From: Octopus vulgaris
Lineage: Eukaryota
Assembly: GCA_951406725.2 (NCBI GenBank)
Contig: OX597816.1
Location: 119,474,001 to 119,538,000 of the forward strand
DNA length: 64,000 bases
Reading direction: 5' to 3'
Shown here piece after piece: positions 1 to 13,568 of the stretch. The first letter of the stretch is position 1. The number at the start of each line of letters is the position of its first letter. Under the pieces are notes generated by a model, which was not told the DNA's origin, did no database searches, and saw only the letters and a list, made by a program, of their open reading frames with translations. The position numbers and the translations under genes were made by a program.

Positions 1-98
1 GACTAAGAAACCCTGGGTATCTGTATTTTCGTTACAATGTTATATGTATATATATATGTGTGTGTGTGTGTATGTATGTGTGTGTGTGTGTGTGTGTG

Positions 99-255
99 TA
101 CGAGGTATGCTGAAAAGTTCCTTGCTTTGGGTAAAAGAAAATGCAGGAGGATCAGTTAATTATGATTTTACTCAACATATTCCCCTCTCAGATTCACACC
201 TATTGCAGCGGCCATTCACTTGTGGTAAGTCCTGTAAAAGAACTCGGATTTGGGC
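99..255. mobile_element. Mariner-type terminal fragment (TIR plus subterminal sequence)
   Basis: Begins TA-CGAGGTATGCTGAAAAGTTCC, resembling mariner TIRs of the TACGAGGG..TGAAAAGTT type. No partner TIR seen. Confidence 0.5.
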
Positions 256-1704
256 CACGTGAAGCGAAGTGTTGGCACAAGAACACAACACAGTACCTCG
301 TTCAGTAATCGAAACTGCAATATTGCGACCGCGTGTGCAACACTCTAACCAATTGCCTTACAATATAGTTTGTGTTTTAAGACTGGTATACTTGTACCAC
401 AGTTTGTTTATTAAGAAACTGCTCCTAAGGAGGTGGGGACCTTCTTTGGCAATGTTCCTTATAATTTATAATCTGTAAGGATCTTCGAGACAAGACGATG
501 TGTCCTGTAAAAATTATGAGAGTTTATTTGCGAGAGAATGGTTAGGATGACCGATAGGACGCTGGGTAATTAATTTACCAAAAATTAATGGTTCGTATCC
601 AATTAGTGACTGTGTCTATGCTGTGACTAGTGCGCTAAGCTTTCTCAGTGGTCTCAACCAAGTTAACTCCAAATGAATTATCGTTGTTGTTATTTAACCT
701 CAAGTTATCTCTTCTTAAGTAAACTTACGATGACCATATTTCTAGACTAGACCATATTTCTGAATGTTCCTTATATATGCCGGTAAGATATGGTCTGAGT
801 TTCAGTTAGTTGCTTCTTTCGCTGATTCGATATCTAAGGAGATACCGCAGGGTATCTATTAGACATCAAGTAAAAACATCACGGTGATCATATCGTCTAC
901 AATTTCATCACATAGTAAATATCCTCGTAAGGTAGTTATAGTTACATCGCTAAATTCATCATCAAGCTAAATATATCAGCTGTAAATTCACAGTCATTCT
1001 TTTTATCGGCAGAGTAAATATGCGTCCGAACATTATTTAGAGTTTTTATCCAGTTTTCATTTCATTATTGATTAAATGAAAACTGAGTAAAAACTTAATT
1101 CACAGTTGCACTTCATTAATAATGAAAACGAAATTCAAAAATGAAAAATTATTGTTATTAAATCTACCCGAAATATACATGAAAAACAAATCTAAATCAC
1201 TTTTGAAAATAGAATTACAACATTAGATTGGAGGATGGAAGAGACATTCTAAGAAGCAAATTATGAGCAATGTTTTGGAATTTTGCGATTTTTGAATTCT
1301 CTAGTTCGAAAGTTGTCATTTGCTGGCGGAAAGATGATAAAATTTTAAATTTGAATTGTTTATCCATTGAACAAAATGTAAAATATATTCAGTTTATATA
1401 CAGTATTCGAAAGAATTAGAAAGTTTGCTTTACCTCTATTTTCAATTTCAGAAAAATGAATGCTTTTTAGGAGCTGTATATTGAGCAATTTATTGAAATT
1501 TGGGTTAACTTTCTCACAAAAGGCTTTTAAAAGAATCCTTTTTAATATTGCTCCGATCAAAACTATTTTATTTCGTAATCTGCAAACTAATCTGCGCGCA
1601 CACACACACACACACACATTTATATGTTGTACAATATGCATGCCAATTTACATAAATGACTTCTGTATGAAGAACATTCCCTAGTCAAGGTTTTGTCTCA
1701 TCAT

Positions 1705-2039
1705 CAGTGGCGGACTGGGTGTAAAAATATTGGTTGCCAGGAGACTAAGGGAGACTACCCGCAACAACAAGGAGACCCACCCGCAACTACAAAGAGATCC
1801 ACCCGCAACTACAATGCTACCATTTAATTTATTTTTTTAATTTTTTTACGTTGCAAGTATTCTTTTCAAATGTCTACAAACACAACCAGGCTGAAATAAT
1901 TAATGCATTCTTCCAAAAATGCTCAAACTTGAGGGGATGGGTCCCTTAGATACTAACATGGGCCCCCATATATGGATTCTAATGGCGCAGGGGCCCACTT
2001 GCCATCGGGCCAGCTGACAACCTGGCCAGTCTGCCATTA
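1705..2039. mobile_element. hAT-type MITE (335 bp) with 8-bp target-site duplication
   Basis: TIRs CAGTGGCGGACTGG (1705) and CCAGTCTGCCATTA (2026-2039), 11/14 complementary. Identical flanking CTCATCAT at 1697-1704 and 2040-2047. Three internal ~21-bp repeats (GAGAyyyACCCGCAACwACAA-like). Confidence 0.85.
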
Positions 2040-2204
2040 CTCATCATCATCATGTGTCTTTTGGGTTGATTTGAAGGAGTCTTAGCTGCTATTTCTAGCT
2101 TATCAAATTGCTACATAAAATCTCACACACTTGTGAATATGTGTGTGCATATTAGTAATGTTTAGGGCAAACAATGAATGTCAAAAGACCATTTTTTTCA
2201 TACA

Positions 2205-2409
2205 CAGTAATCCGATATTACGTTCTAAAACACCCCCAACCCCACCCGCGATATGTGAAAATCCGCTCAGTAGAAACAGTACCGCACTGTATATATATAT
2301 ATTTTTTTTATAATTTGTATATATTTATTTTATTATAGATGCAAAACAACACCACAGAGGAATCGACATAAGCTTAATTGATAAACTGCGATATGGCGAG
2401 GGATTACAA
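2205..2409. mobile_element. Degenerate pogo/Tigger-like MITE
   Basis: Left end CAGTAATCC, right end GCGATATGGCGAGGGATTAC (inverted, Tigger-style CAGTA terminus). Confidence 0.5.
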
Positions 2410-2424
2410 TATCTAATAATTTTG

Positions 2425-2615
2425 TAGGGCAGCGAGCTATGCTTTGCGTCATTTCTTCCGACTATTCTGAATTCAAATGGCACCGGGGTCGACTTTGCTT
2501 TTCATCCTTTCTGGGTTGATAAAGTCAAGTACCTGTCACGCACTGGGATCAATGTAATCAACTTGCTCCCTTCCCTGATATTGCTAGCCTTGTGCCAAAC
2601 TTTGAAATCAATATT
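2425..2615 (+). mobile_element. SINE family 1 (tRNA-derived head, GTCGACTTTGCCTTTCATCCTTTCGGGGTCGATAAA core), degenerate copy
   Basis: Core motif recurs many times: ~7875-8076(-), 8107-8312(-), 25945-26142(-), 28130-28280(+), 34240-34625(+, two copies), 39895-40305(+, two copies), 43296-43452(+), 46080-46180(+), 63870-64000(-). Confidence 0.85.
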
Positions 2616-2937
2616 AACGTAACATTTTTGTGAAATTTCTTAGTCAAAACTTTTTCAAGTAAGGAGGTAAATTATAAGTTTCGGTGGTTTCTTTTCATTC
2701 ACGATAATTCATTCATGATAATTTCATTCATGATTATTTTTTCAAATTTGAAAATTGTTGTATATGAATATTTAAGGGGAAAATGACATGTTTACCTTAC
2801 AAACAACAAAATTAGCTGTTTTACTAAAAAAGAAAATTAGTAGAAGGAATTGCATTCAAAAGATTGAAATAAATTTACGGCAAATTAAATGTTCAACGAA
2901 GTGAAGATGTTCGTAAATATGTTGCTATTTTTAATGT

Positions 2938-3010
<73 letters not shown>

Positions 3011-3286
3011 GAGTTTCCTCATCTTAGTCTTTTTCATTTCATCAGGTTGCATTTGAGAATGAAATAATCATGGCTATTTTTTCGGTGCTGTTTGTGAGGA
3101 AAAAATGCTTTGACCAATAAATAATGCACAAACATTATTTTTCTCCGTATTGCACATGTGAATTTAATGAATAACTTGAATAGAACTTATTGTTTCTTCA
3201 TTCTCTAAATAAATTACTTGAAATTCAATGATTGCATATTTATAATCGAAATTAGCAAATTATGACGTTATAATAGAAATATATAG

Positions 3287-4333
<1,047 letters not shown>

Positions 4334-4350
4334 CGGCATACATACACTTT

Positions 4351-4382
<32 letters not shown>

Positions 4383-4383
<1 letters not shown>

Positions 4384-4749
4384 TAGCAGTATCGCCCGGC
4401 GTTGCTCAGGTTTGTAAGGGAAATAACTATAAAGCATTTTTAGAGAGTTATATCAAAAAAATAGCAAAAAATGGAAAAAATGATGGTAAATTTTTTTGAG
4501 AGTTAAAAAGGTGGAGTTGCGTCCCCTAGACGGTCTGTGGTTTGGGTTTCTGATTCTCGACCCCATGTCGAATTTATCGATTTTTTCAGAACTGGGGGAA
4601 CTTTTCAAAATTTTCGCTGCGTTAGTTTTGAATTATGACATTGGGCTATGTGTGTGTCAAGTTTCATCAGAATCGGTTGAAGCCGTTAGAGTGAGGGTAC
4701 GAGAAAACAGACACACAGAAAACGCACAGACAAACTGCCGTTTATATAT

Positions 4750-4752
<3 letters not shown>
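4383..4752 (-). mobile_element. Non-autonomous Helitron
   Basis: On the minus strand it starts TC(TATATATAAA) and ends ...CCTGAGCAACGCCGGGCGATACTGCTAG, i.e. a GC hairpin then CTAG, between host A and T. Its 3' end is shared with 56196-56592. Confidence 0.8.
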
Positions 4753-4802
<50 letters not shown>

Positions 4803-4859
4803 TTATACTGAGTTAGCTGCATGTACAATAGTTTATTGTATCCACATGTATACACCTCT

Positions 4860-5092
4860 TTACGGTGGACTATACTTAGAAAAAGTTAAATGCCTCGAGT
4901 ATAAATACAGCGCTGTACTTATAACAGAGAATGAGCTGGAGAGGCTGCAATAAGGGTGAAGCAGTGCTCAGAACCGCTCGAATTCTCTGGATGTTCCTCG
5001 AAAAATAAGAGGTGTTACCTTATTAGTTCACTGGTAGTAAAAATTGGCACCGTAGTACATACATCTCCAGTGTTAGAAGCTGTGCAAAGACA
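4860..5092 (+). mobile_element. R4/Dong-clade LINE, extreme 3' end (old subfamily)
   Basis: Encodes AVLRTARILWMFLEK*, similar to the ALLGTAHILRRTL C-terminus of the other copies. A short 3' UTR runs into (TAA)n. Confidence 0.55.
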
Positions 5093-5134
5093 ATAAATAA
5101 TAATAATAATATAATAATAATAATAATAATAATA

Positions 5135-5990
5135 ACGCACTCCATTCTAAAAGCAATAACGACAAACTCTACCTACCAAGAAAGGAAGGTGACAACGGTT
5201 TACTAAACGCAGAAGACACTGTTAATACTGCGATACTAGGTTTTAAAAATCATGTTCTGAGGAGTAAAGAAAGAATACTATCGGCAATCCAAGATACCCA
5301 AAAAGTAACCGAAACAGTAAGAGAATTCAAAGAGAAAAGGTAGAATAACAGAACAAATAAATGGAAAGGAATTGAGTTACATGAGAATGTTGGAAGTAAA
5401 GACCGATAGGAACTTGAAACGAGAGACAGATACGCTAATTATAGCCGTTCAGTAACAAGCTCTTAGAACAAATCTAAAGGCAAAACTCAGACAGCAAATG
5501 TAGAATATGCAGGAAAGGAGACAAAAGTATCAATCACCTTTTAAGTGAGTGTAGTTTGCTAGCACAAAAGGAATATAAACGTAGACATGACTGCAAAAGA
5601 GTGCATTGGGAGGTTAGCTTCAAAACAACAGAAAAGTGATATGAACACAAACCACAAGCTGTGATAGAAAAATGAGAATTACATGACTTTGTGGAATTTC
5701 CCCACAAAGTTTGATCATACTATTGAAGCAAGACGACCAGATATGATCATTGGAGACAAGGTAAACAGAGTAAGATCATAGATTTTGTAATTTCCTATGA
5801 TAGCAGAGTCAATATCATAGAAAATGAAAACAATTGAGAAATATTAGGATCTAGTCAATTATTGCACTTCGCACAATACCTAAAATGCAACCTAAAAGAC
5901 TGAAAGAGATTGGAATTGAAACTCGCATTGTCGACTTGCTGAAAAAAGACCATCCTATATTCTGCAAGGATCCTACGGAAGATTCTTGAG
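5135..5990 (+). mobile_element. R4/Dong-clade LINE, decayed 3' fragment
   Basis: Disrupted frames give LYLPRKEG, Q.QALRT, CRICRKGDKSINHLLSEC..LAQKEYKRRHD and RRPDMII (CCHC plus REL motifs). Follows a (TAA)n tract. Confidence 0.8.
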
Positions 5991-7267
5991 ATTTAACGTG
6001 TGGGCGGTTGCTTTGATAAGATATGGGGCAGGAATAGTATCTTGGAAGAAGCATGAATTACAAGTGATAGACTGGAGAATGCGTAAATTAATGACAATGA
6101 ACAAGGAACTACACCCCAAAAGTGATGTGTCAAGATTGAATGTAAAGAGGAAAGAAGGGGGACGGGGATTAGTGTGTTTTGAAGGTTGTGTAAGGGAAGA
6201 GGAGAATAGCCTGGCTTGGTATGTCAAGGGGAGTAAAGAGGAAATTATTGAAGCAGTGAAAATGCAGGGAGGCTTAAAGTCAACGAAGCCGTAGACCCAA
6301 CACAATTTAAGAAAAACCAGAGAGAGCAGACGAAGGAAATTGGCAAGACAAGAAAATGCACAGTCAGTTCTTGAAGAAAAAGATGAGATTGATTGGAATA
6401 GAACCTGGCAATGTTTGCAGAAAGGAGACTTAAAAGGGCCCACTGAGGCATTAGTGTGCAGCGCTCAAGAACAAGCTCTCAGAACAAACTACTCCAAATT
6501 GATAAAAACACTGACTCACCACAGTGTAGGATACGCTATGAGAAAGGGGAAAGTATAAACCATATTATTAGAGAGTGTTGTAAGCTTGCACAACGCAAAT
6601 ACAAAAGGAGACACGACAATGTGGCTAGATATGTCTGTTGGCTGTTGTGCGGTAATGTAAACCTCGGGAGAACAGAACAATGATATGAACACGAGCCAAA
6701 GGGAGTAATGGAAAACGAACATTACAAAATAATCTGGGATTTTAACATGCAGTGCGACCAAGTCATAGAGGCGAGACGACCAGATATTGTGATCATCCTA
6801 AAAAGATGAAAAAGAAGTAAAGATAATAGATGCTGCAATACCAGACGATTCTAAGGTGAAATGTAAGGAAACAGAAAAGATTTATTTCTTTATTGCCCAG
6901 AGGGGCTAAACATAGAGGGGACAAAAAGGACAGACAAAGGGTTTAAGTCGATTACATCGACCCCAGTGCATAAATGGTACTTGTTTAATCGACCCTGAAA
7001 GGATGAAAGGCAAAATCGACCTCGGCGGAATTAAAGCATTAGGAGCAGTCTCCAAGGGCTTTGAAAAAAATATTAAGAAAATTTGAGCTGCTGTCAGGTT
7101 TGAGGGGTCCGGAAGACAGCATTGTTGGGCACAGTTCGCATTCTAAGGAGAGTATTGTCTCTTTGTGTCACAGGAGAAGGCACTACTTGAAACCTTTGAT
7201 GATTTGTTATTACCTGCTTTCAAGTAAAGAATAACCGGTAATTAAGAACTATCCGCGAGCCTTCCAA
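5990..7267 (+). mobile_element. R4/Dong-clade LINE, decayed 3' half, interrupted by a SINE
   Basis: ORFs contain LHPKSDVSRL..KRKEGGRGL, LKGPTEALVCSAQEQALRTNY, CRI..ESINHIIREC..LAQRKYKRRHD and ARRPDIV. Ends in (TAA)n at 7268. Confidence 0.88.
6881..7032 (-). mobile_element. SINE family 1, 5'-truncated, with Tx1-like tail, inserted into the Dong element
   Basis: Reverse complement has the family-1 core and the tail TTGTCCCCTCTATGTTTAGCCCCTCTGGGCAATAAAGAAATA. Confidence 0.85.
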
Positions 7268-7301
<34 letters not shown>

Positions 7302-7303
<2 letters not shown>

Positions 7304-7799
7304 GGTCACAGGAAAGGTCACAGAAAACGAGAAAGCAACGATACTCTGGGATATGCCGATACACACAGATAGAGAAATTAAGGCCAACAGACCAGATATA
7401 GTTGTCAGAGATCATGAAGAAAAAAAATGCTTTCTAATTGATGCATCAATACCAGCAGATGACAACGTGTCTCTAAAAGAAATGGAGAAATTTCAAAATA
7501 CAAAGACCTGGAAATAGAAGTAACCAGAATGTGGAATCTAAAAACAGAAACAATTCCTATCATAGTAGGTGCATTAGGCATGATAAAAAAATATTCAGAC
7601 AAATACAAAACAAAAACACCAGGACTTACAAACATATATAACATACAGAAAATTGCACTACTAGGCACTGCACACATCCTACGCAGAACACTTTCCATAC
7701 AATAACCATCAGAGTATCACAACAAATCACAGCACATACCCAAGGCACACAGAGCTGCGCTCGGTAGTGAAGTGAAAATACGCTATAAAAATAAAACTA

Positions 7800-7803
<4 letters not shown>
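7302..7803 (+). mobile_element. R4/Dong-clade LINE, young 5'-truncated copy (same subfamily as 37334-39740)
   Basis: Near-identical to the reverse complement of ~37334-37825 (KVTENEKATILWDMPIHTDREIKANRPDIVV). (TAA)n on both sides. Confidence 0.93.
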
Positions 7804-7874
<71 letters not shown>

Positions 7875-8075
7875 TTTGGCACAAGACCAGCAAGTTTATG
7901 AGAGGAGATAAGTCGATTACCTTGACTTCAATAATTAATTAGTGCTTATTTCATCGACCCCCGAAGGCGAAAGTACGAAAAGCAAAGTCGACCTCGCCGA
8001 AATTTGAACGTAAAGAGAGACAAGATGCTTCCAAGCATTTCGACCGGCGTGTTAACGATTCTGCCAGTTCACGCC

Positions 8076-8107
<32 letters not shown>

Positions 8108-8353
8108 CCTTTCTACTGGAAGCACAAGGGCTCAAATTTTGGGGAGGGGTAAGTCGATTATATCGACCTCAGTACTCAACTTAATTTATCAGCCCCGAAA
8201 GGATGAAAAGCAAAGTCGACCTCAGCGGAATTTGAACTCAGAACGTAGCGACGGGCGAAATACTACTAAGCATTTCGTCCAGCGTGCTAATGATTCTGCC
8301 AGCTCGCCGCCTTAATAATATTGATAATGATAATAATAGTGATAATAATAATG

Positions 8354-8387
<34 letters not shown>

Positions 8388-9065
8388 TGATGATGATGAT
8401 GATGATGATGATTGTAACAGATTTATTGTTAAAGAGAGAGTGAGAGAGAAGGAAAAAAGATGGAAGAGGTCAAATATGTACAAGGAGGACAAGTGACCAT
8501 CTTGACTTGGTGTTTGAAGAATACCACCCCAGTAACCTTTTTTCTCAAGAAGAACTCAAGATATTAACTGGAATACTGGCATTTCTCGTGTTTTTTTTTT
8601 TTATTTTCCTTTTTTTTTCTGTGTTTTTGGGAGGTGCGACAATTTCGATCGTAAAGAGCGTTAAAGTAAGAGAAGAAGAAAAAAAAAACAAAAGGAGCAA
8701 CAAGAACAACAACAACAACAACAATAGCAACAACAATATATATATATAAAAAAAAAGCCAGCAACAACATCGATAAACCAAAATAACAACAATACTATAA
8801 TCTACATATCAAGCTGCTGCATTACATTACTGGGCATATTTAATGTGTGACCCTTTGGCAAGGTGTTACCGGCCGGTGGCTTGATTGATGGCCAAACTAA
8901 AGTAGTTGTTCGGCAAATGTTTGCACATTAACTTAACCGTTCAATTGCATTATAAATGTGCCAAGAATTCTGCAGCTGCGCGCCCTGTAGTATAATGTAG
9001 TAGAGACTTACTCATTGCTCTAGCACTTTCTAACTCATGTAGATAGGTTGACTATGTATATATAC

Positions 9066-9111
<46 letters not shown>

Positions 9112-9143
9112 ATGTATGTATACATATAATAATAATAATAATG

Positions 9144-9203
<60 letters not shown>

Positions 9204-9345
9204 GTGTGTATACGGGCAATATATATGATATTTATGTTTATACATATTTGTGTTGGCATGTATATATGTATATATACATATGCATAATACATACTTACAC
9301 ATATACATGCATATATATGAATGAGTCCGTCTGCATATATGTTTA

Positions 9346-9376
<31 letters not shown>

Positions 9377-9958
9377 AGGAATGTATGTATGTTTATATGC
9401 TTATATTTTATGTGTTTATAATATATGTGTGTACATATATTCTCATTCATGAGTATTTGCGCGTATATATATATATATATATATATTTGTATACATACAT
9501 ATACATATATATATTCTCATTTATGGGTATATATATATATATATGGGTATATATATATATATATACTCACATTCTCTCGCGAACAGGGGTATACATTAAC
9601 TCTTCTACATACAGAATACACACACGCACATGGTACATACATACATACATACATACATACATACATACATACATACATACATACATACATACATACATAC
9701 ATACATACGCCACCTATAAATATGTATGCAATCAGTGCTGAAAATCTGTTTCTACGGAGGTTGAAATAATATCTAAGTATGAGTCATCAATCATAAGTCG
9801 ACTTGTGTAAATATTGTGATGAATGCTAAATCAGATTCATCCGAGAGATGAATACTTGTCATATTGTGTTCTCTGTTTCCAATCATTATTCATCTGATGA
9901 ATAAAAACTTACACAATTCAAACGATCGACAAAGTATCATGGCATCTGCACATGTGTT

Positions 9959-9989
<31 letters not shown>

Positions 9990-10270
9990 TTGTGTGTGTG
10001 TGTGCGTGCGTGTGTGTGTGTTTGTGTGTGCATGTGTGTGTGTGTAAGTGTGGCGGGTGATATTAATGTTTCTCTGTGTCTGTGTATGTGTATATATGTA
10101 TGTAAGTGGGTAGACTATGGCAATGTGTGTGGTGATGTTATGCCTGTGTTGTGTGAAGGAATTTGTGTTTGAATGCAGAGGGTGTTTGCGTACATATGGG
10201 TGTGCACGTGCGCGTACCTGCGTATGCAAGTGTGCGTGTCTTTGTGTAAATGCGTGTACGTACATATATA

Positions 10271-10321
<51 letters not shown>

Positions 10322-10559
10322 TATATATATATATACATATACATAAATATACAGATAATAGGTGAAGGCTAGATATGCTCAGAATAGAATACACATAGTA
10401 GTGCTCAAATGAATTTGAACTTAAACACCGAATAATTTTTCATCTGCAGCAAGGCCTACAGCGTCAAGAATGGCTATGAGAGAAACCCAAGGCGAGCTGA
10501 TATGGAGGTGGTAGTGCAGATAAACACAATAGGCTTGAAATATATATATATTTTTATAT

Positions 10560-10885
10560 ATAAGAATTTTTTGCGTAATGAGATAAAAAAACCAAGGCTG
10601 TGTAGGTATTAGAAGATTTATAGATAGAAAATCTTACAGCTCTTTCCAGGATTTTTATTAATTATAACCCTTCATCGGAGACAGTGTGAGAGGATGGTAA
10701 TGTCATAGGTAGTTTAGATGTGATACAAAATGGAGAGTGAGGTGGAGGAAAGAAAATAGATGTAAGATATGTAGGGATATTGAAGTTGTAAATCCATTCT
10801 TTTGGGCAGAATGATGTATATGTAATATTCCAATACCCTAAGAGTAAAGTCCAACAGTCCAACAGATAATGACACCATTATCTCT
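10560..10885 (-). mobile_element. Penelope-like element 3' end / pseudo-LTR
   Basis: Minus-strand KEWIYNFNIPT resembles a GIY-YIG C-terminal E..WI..L...P motif, followed by a hammerhead-like motif at 10631-10682. TA-rich flanks. Confidence 0.6.
10631..10682 (-). ncRNA. Minimal hammerhead-ribozyme-like motif (variant, partly decayed)
   Basis: Minus strand: GTCT-CCGATGA-AGGGTT(loop)AATCCTG-GAAA-GAGCTGTA-AGAT. This gives stem I, a CCGAUGA core, stem II, GAAA, a near-palindromic stem III (AGCT) and a GUA site. Confidence 0.55.
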
Positions 10886-10895
10886 TATATATATA

Positions 10896-11050
10896 GGGAG
10901 AGTTTACGGAAAAAACAAAAGACGAAGACAGGTGGTGTACAAAACAAGCAGATGTATTAGTATAACGCTCAGGAATAGAAAAAGTCTTTTATGTTTCGAG
11001 CCTACGCTCTTCTACAGAAAGGGGCACAGAAAAAAAAACAAGGAGAGAAA
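10896..11050 (-). mobile_element. Penelope-like pseudo-LTR fragment with hammerhead-like motif (10993-11020)
   Basis: Minus strand TTT-CTGTAGA-AGAGCGTAGGCTC-GAAA-CATA-AAAG. Shares downstream TTCCTGAGCG with 55762-55983. (TA)n on both sides. Confidence 0.6.
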
Positions 11051-11062
11051 TATATATATATA

Positions 11063-12345
11063 ACAGGTTGAGTAAAAAGTAAGTAACGTTTTGATCCATG
11101 AAGTATTTGTACCGAATTTTTGCCATTTTAAATTTGTTTTAAACATTTTTATGCAATTGTCTGATGATACCGACATAGACTTGCAGAAATGCATCAATGA
11201 ATTAACAGTGATATTTTTTCACCGTTGTTACAATCATCTGAAATGGAAATGCCAAAGCGCAATATTCGAGCAATTTTGCTATTCAACTTCAAAAAAGGAC
11301 GTAAAGCAGCTGAAACTGCTCGCGATATCAACGAAACGTTTGGTGTGGAAATGACCAGTGAGTGGTCAGATCGAAAATGGTTTAAACGATTTTGTAGTGA
11401 AGACATGAGCCTTGAAGACCGTGAGTGTAGTGGACGGTCATCTGTCATCAATGATGGTTAATTAAAGACCGTCATTGAGAAAGATTCACGTAAAAACCAC
11501 TCGAGAACTGGCAAACGAACTTCATGTTAGCCAGAAAACTGCCTGCAACCATTTGCATGCGATCGGAGAATAAAAAAAGCTCCACAAATGGGTACCACAC
11601 GATTCAAATGAAAATCAGAAAATGCACAGGTATGAAATTTGCTCGTCGCTTCTTCTCCATAACCAGACCGATCCATTTCTCGACCATATTGTAACTTGCG
11701 ATGAAAAGGGGATTCTGTACAATAATAAAAAAAAAGTTCTTCGTGGTAGTTGGACCAAAAGGAAGCACCGAGAACCTTCCCTAAATCCGAGCTCTTCAAA
11801 AAGAAGTTTATAGTGACTGTTTGGTAGTTTTAAGACGTCATCCACTATAACGTCTTAAAACCCGGAAAAACCATTACGGCAGAAATGTATTGCCATGAAA
11901 TTGTCAAAATGAACGAAAAACTGCTACTCCCCCATCCCAGATGGGTCAACAGAAGAGGACCAGTCATTCTTTATGACTATGCTCGACCACACGTTTCACT
12001 AATGAGGCTTCAGTGGCTGGGAGAACTTGGCTAGGAAGTTCGTCTCTACCGAACTTATTCCCAAGATCTTTTTCCTACCGACTATCACTTTTTCAAGCAT
12101 TTTCATGGTTTCCTGCGAGAGAAGGAGTTCAAAAATCAAACCGATGCTGGAAATGCGTTCAAAGAGTTTATCAGCTCCACAACTCCATATTTTTATGCTA
12201 CCAGAATAAACAAACATGTAACTCATTGGCAAAAATGTGTTGATTGTAATGGTACTTATTTTGATGAATAAAATTTTCGCATTGTTGAAATATATTGTGA
12301 TGAATTTCATGTTTCAAAACGTTGCTCACTTTTTACTCAGCCTGA
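11063..12345 (+). mobile_element. Near full-length defective mariner transposon (DD34D, Hsmar1/cecropia-like)
   Basis: TIRs CAGGyTGAGTAAAAAGTrAGyAACGTTTTGA at both ends with TA duplications at 11061-62 and 12346-47. Length about 1.28 kb. Confidence 0.95.
11242..12271 (+). pseudogene. Mariner transposase, disrupted by stops and frameshifts
   Basis: MEMPKRNIRAILLFNFKKGRKAAETARDINETFG (HTH), WVPH, IVTCDEKGILYNN, DYARPH and YSQDLFPTDYHFF motifs spread over several frames. Confidence 0.93.
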
Positions 12346-12385
12346 TATAACACATTATAGTACATATATAGAGAGAGAGAGACCC

Positions 12386-12770
12386 AGGCGTGGCTGTGTG
12401 GGCAGAAGCTTGATTCCCAACCGCATAGCTTGCTTCCCAAACATATAGGTGCGTGGCACCTTGGATGAGTGCCTTCTACTCTAATCTCGAACCGACCAAA
12501 GCCTTGTGAGTGGATTTGGTAGACGGAAACTGAAAGAAACCCGTCATGTATATGTGTGTGTTTGTGTCTGTGTTTGTCCCCCTATCACCGCTGGACAACC
12601 GATGTCGGTGTGTTTACGTCCCCTTAAGCTAGCGGTTCCGCAAAAATACCGATTGCACTAGGCTTACAAAAATAAGTCCTGGGGTCAATTTGTTTGACTA
12701 AAATCCTTCAAGGATGTACTTCAGCATGGCCGCAGTCTAATGACTGAAACAAGTAAATGAATAAAAGAAA
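12386..12770 (+). mobile_element. SINE family 2 (tRNA-like head, internal (TG)n/(TA)n, ...GACTGAAACAAGTAAAAG tail)
   Basis: Repeated at ~18185-18570(+), 25075-25425(-), 27097-27562(+), 50600-51065(-) and partially 48820-49190(-). Shared CCAAAGCCTTGTGAGTGGATTTGGTAGACGGAAACTGAAAG and GTGTTTACGTCCCCGTAACTTAGCGGTTCGGCAAA blocks. Confidence 0.88.
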
Positions 12771-12787
12771 ATCTATATATATTCATA

Positions 12788-12852
<65 letters not shown>

Positions 12853-13139
12853 AAATACATATTCTGCATATATTTACAGACAAGCGCATCCACAGACACA
12901 CACACACATACACACACACATATTGTGGTGTTCGTGCACCCACGCAACTAAATGAATGCATAAATAAATTAAATAAGTAAATAATATGCACAGATAGATT
13001 TTTTATGAACTGAAATTTATGGACTGGTGTTTGCTTTCTTTTGTTTTTGCCAATAGATATGGAGAAAGCAGCAGCGCTCGTATAACCTTGCACGCTCTCC
13101 CAAGCCATCCACATTCATGCCATTAGTGATGTTCTGGAA

Positions 13140-13470
13140 GTCTTATAAGTCAACATCTACGGGAAAGACATGAACAGAAATAGAATTCCAGAGAACTGAC
13201 ATTCTGGGAAGGAAGAACTTGGTGTAATGGTTACTGCAGATGTCTGAGGGCATTGGACACAGGAGAAGTGATAAAATCAGGAAAGCGCGTAGGACCGGAA
13301 GTCTTGAGTTAAAGTGGTATGAGTTAAACCAGCGTCGATGTGCAGGCACTGAAGCATACCTTTATGCTAATCAGTCGAATGGCCCTTTTCTTAATGCGAG
13401 GGTAGATGTCTGAGTATGCAACATAAACAATAGCCGAAGCAGTAGCAGAAGCACTACACATAAGAAAACA
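13140..13470 (-). mobile_element. Decayed CR1/Jockey-type LINE 3' coding fragment
   Basis: HYTKFFLPRMSVLWNSISVHVFP resembles the SFFPR...WN.LP C-terminal motif of APE-type LINE ORF2. Confidence 0.55.
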
Positions 13471-13568
13471 AAAATCTTGCAGCATTCGTAGCTGTGCTCA
13501 AAGGCAGGTGTGAGACAATTTCAAGAAATTAAGAATTCATTTAAAAATATTCTCATATCTGATCTTTA

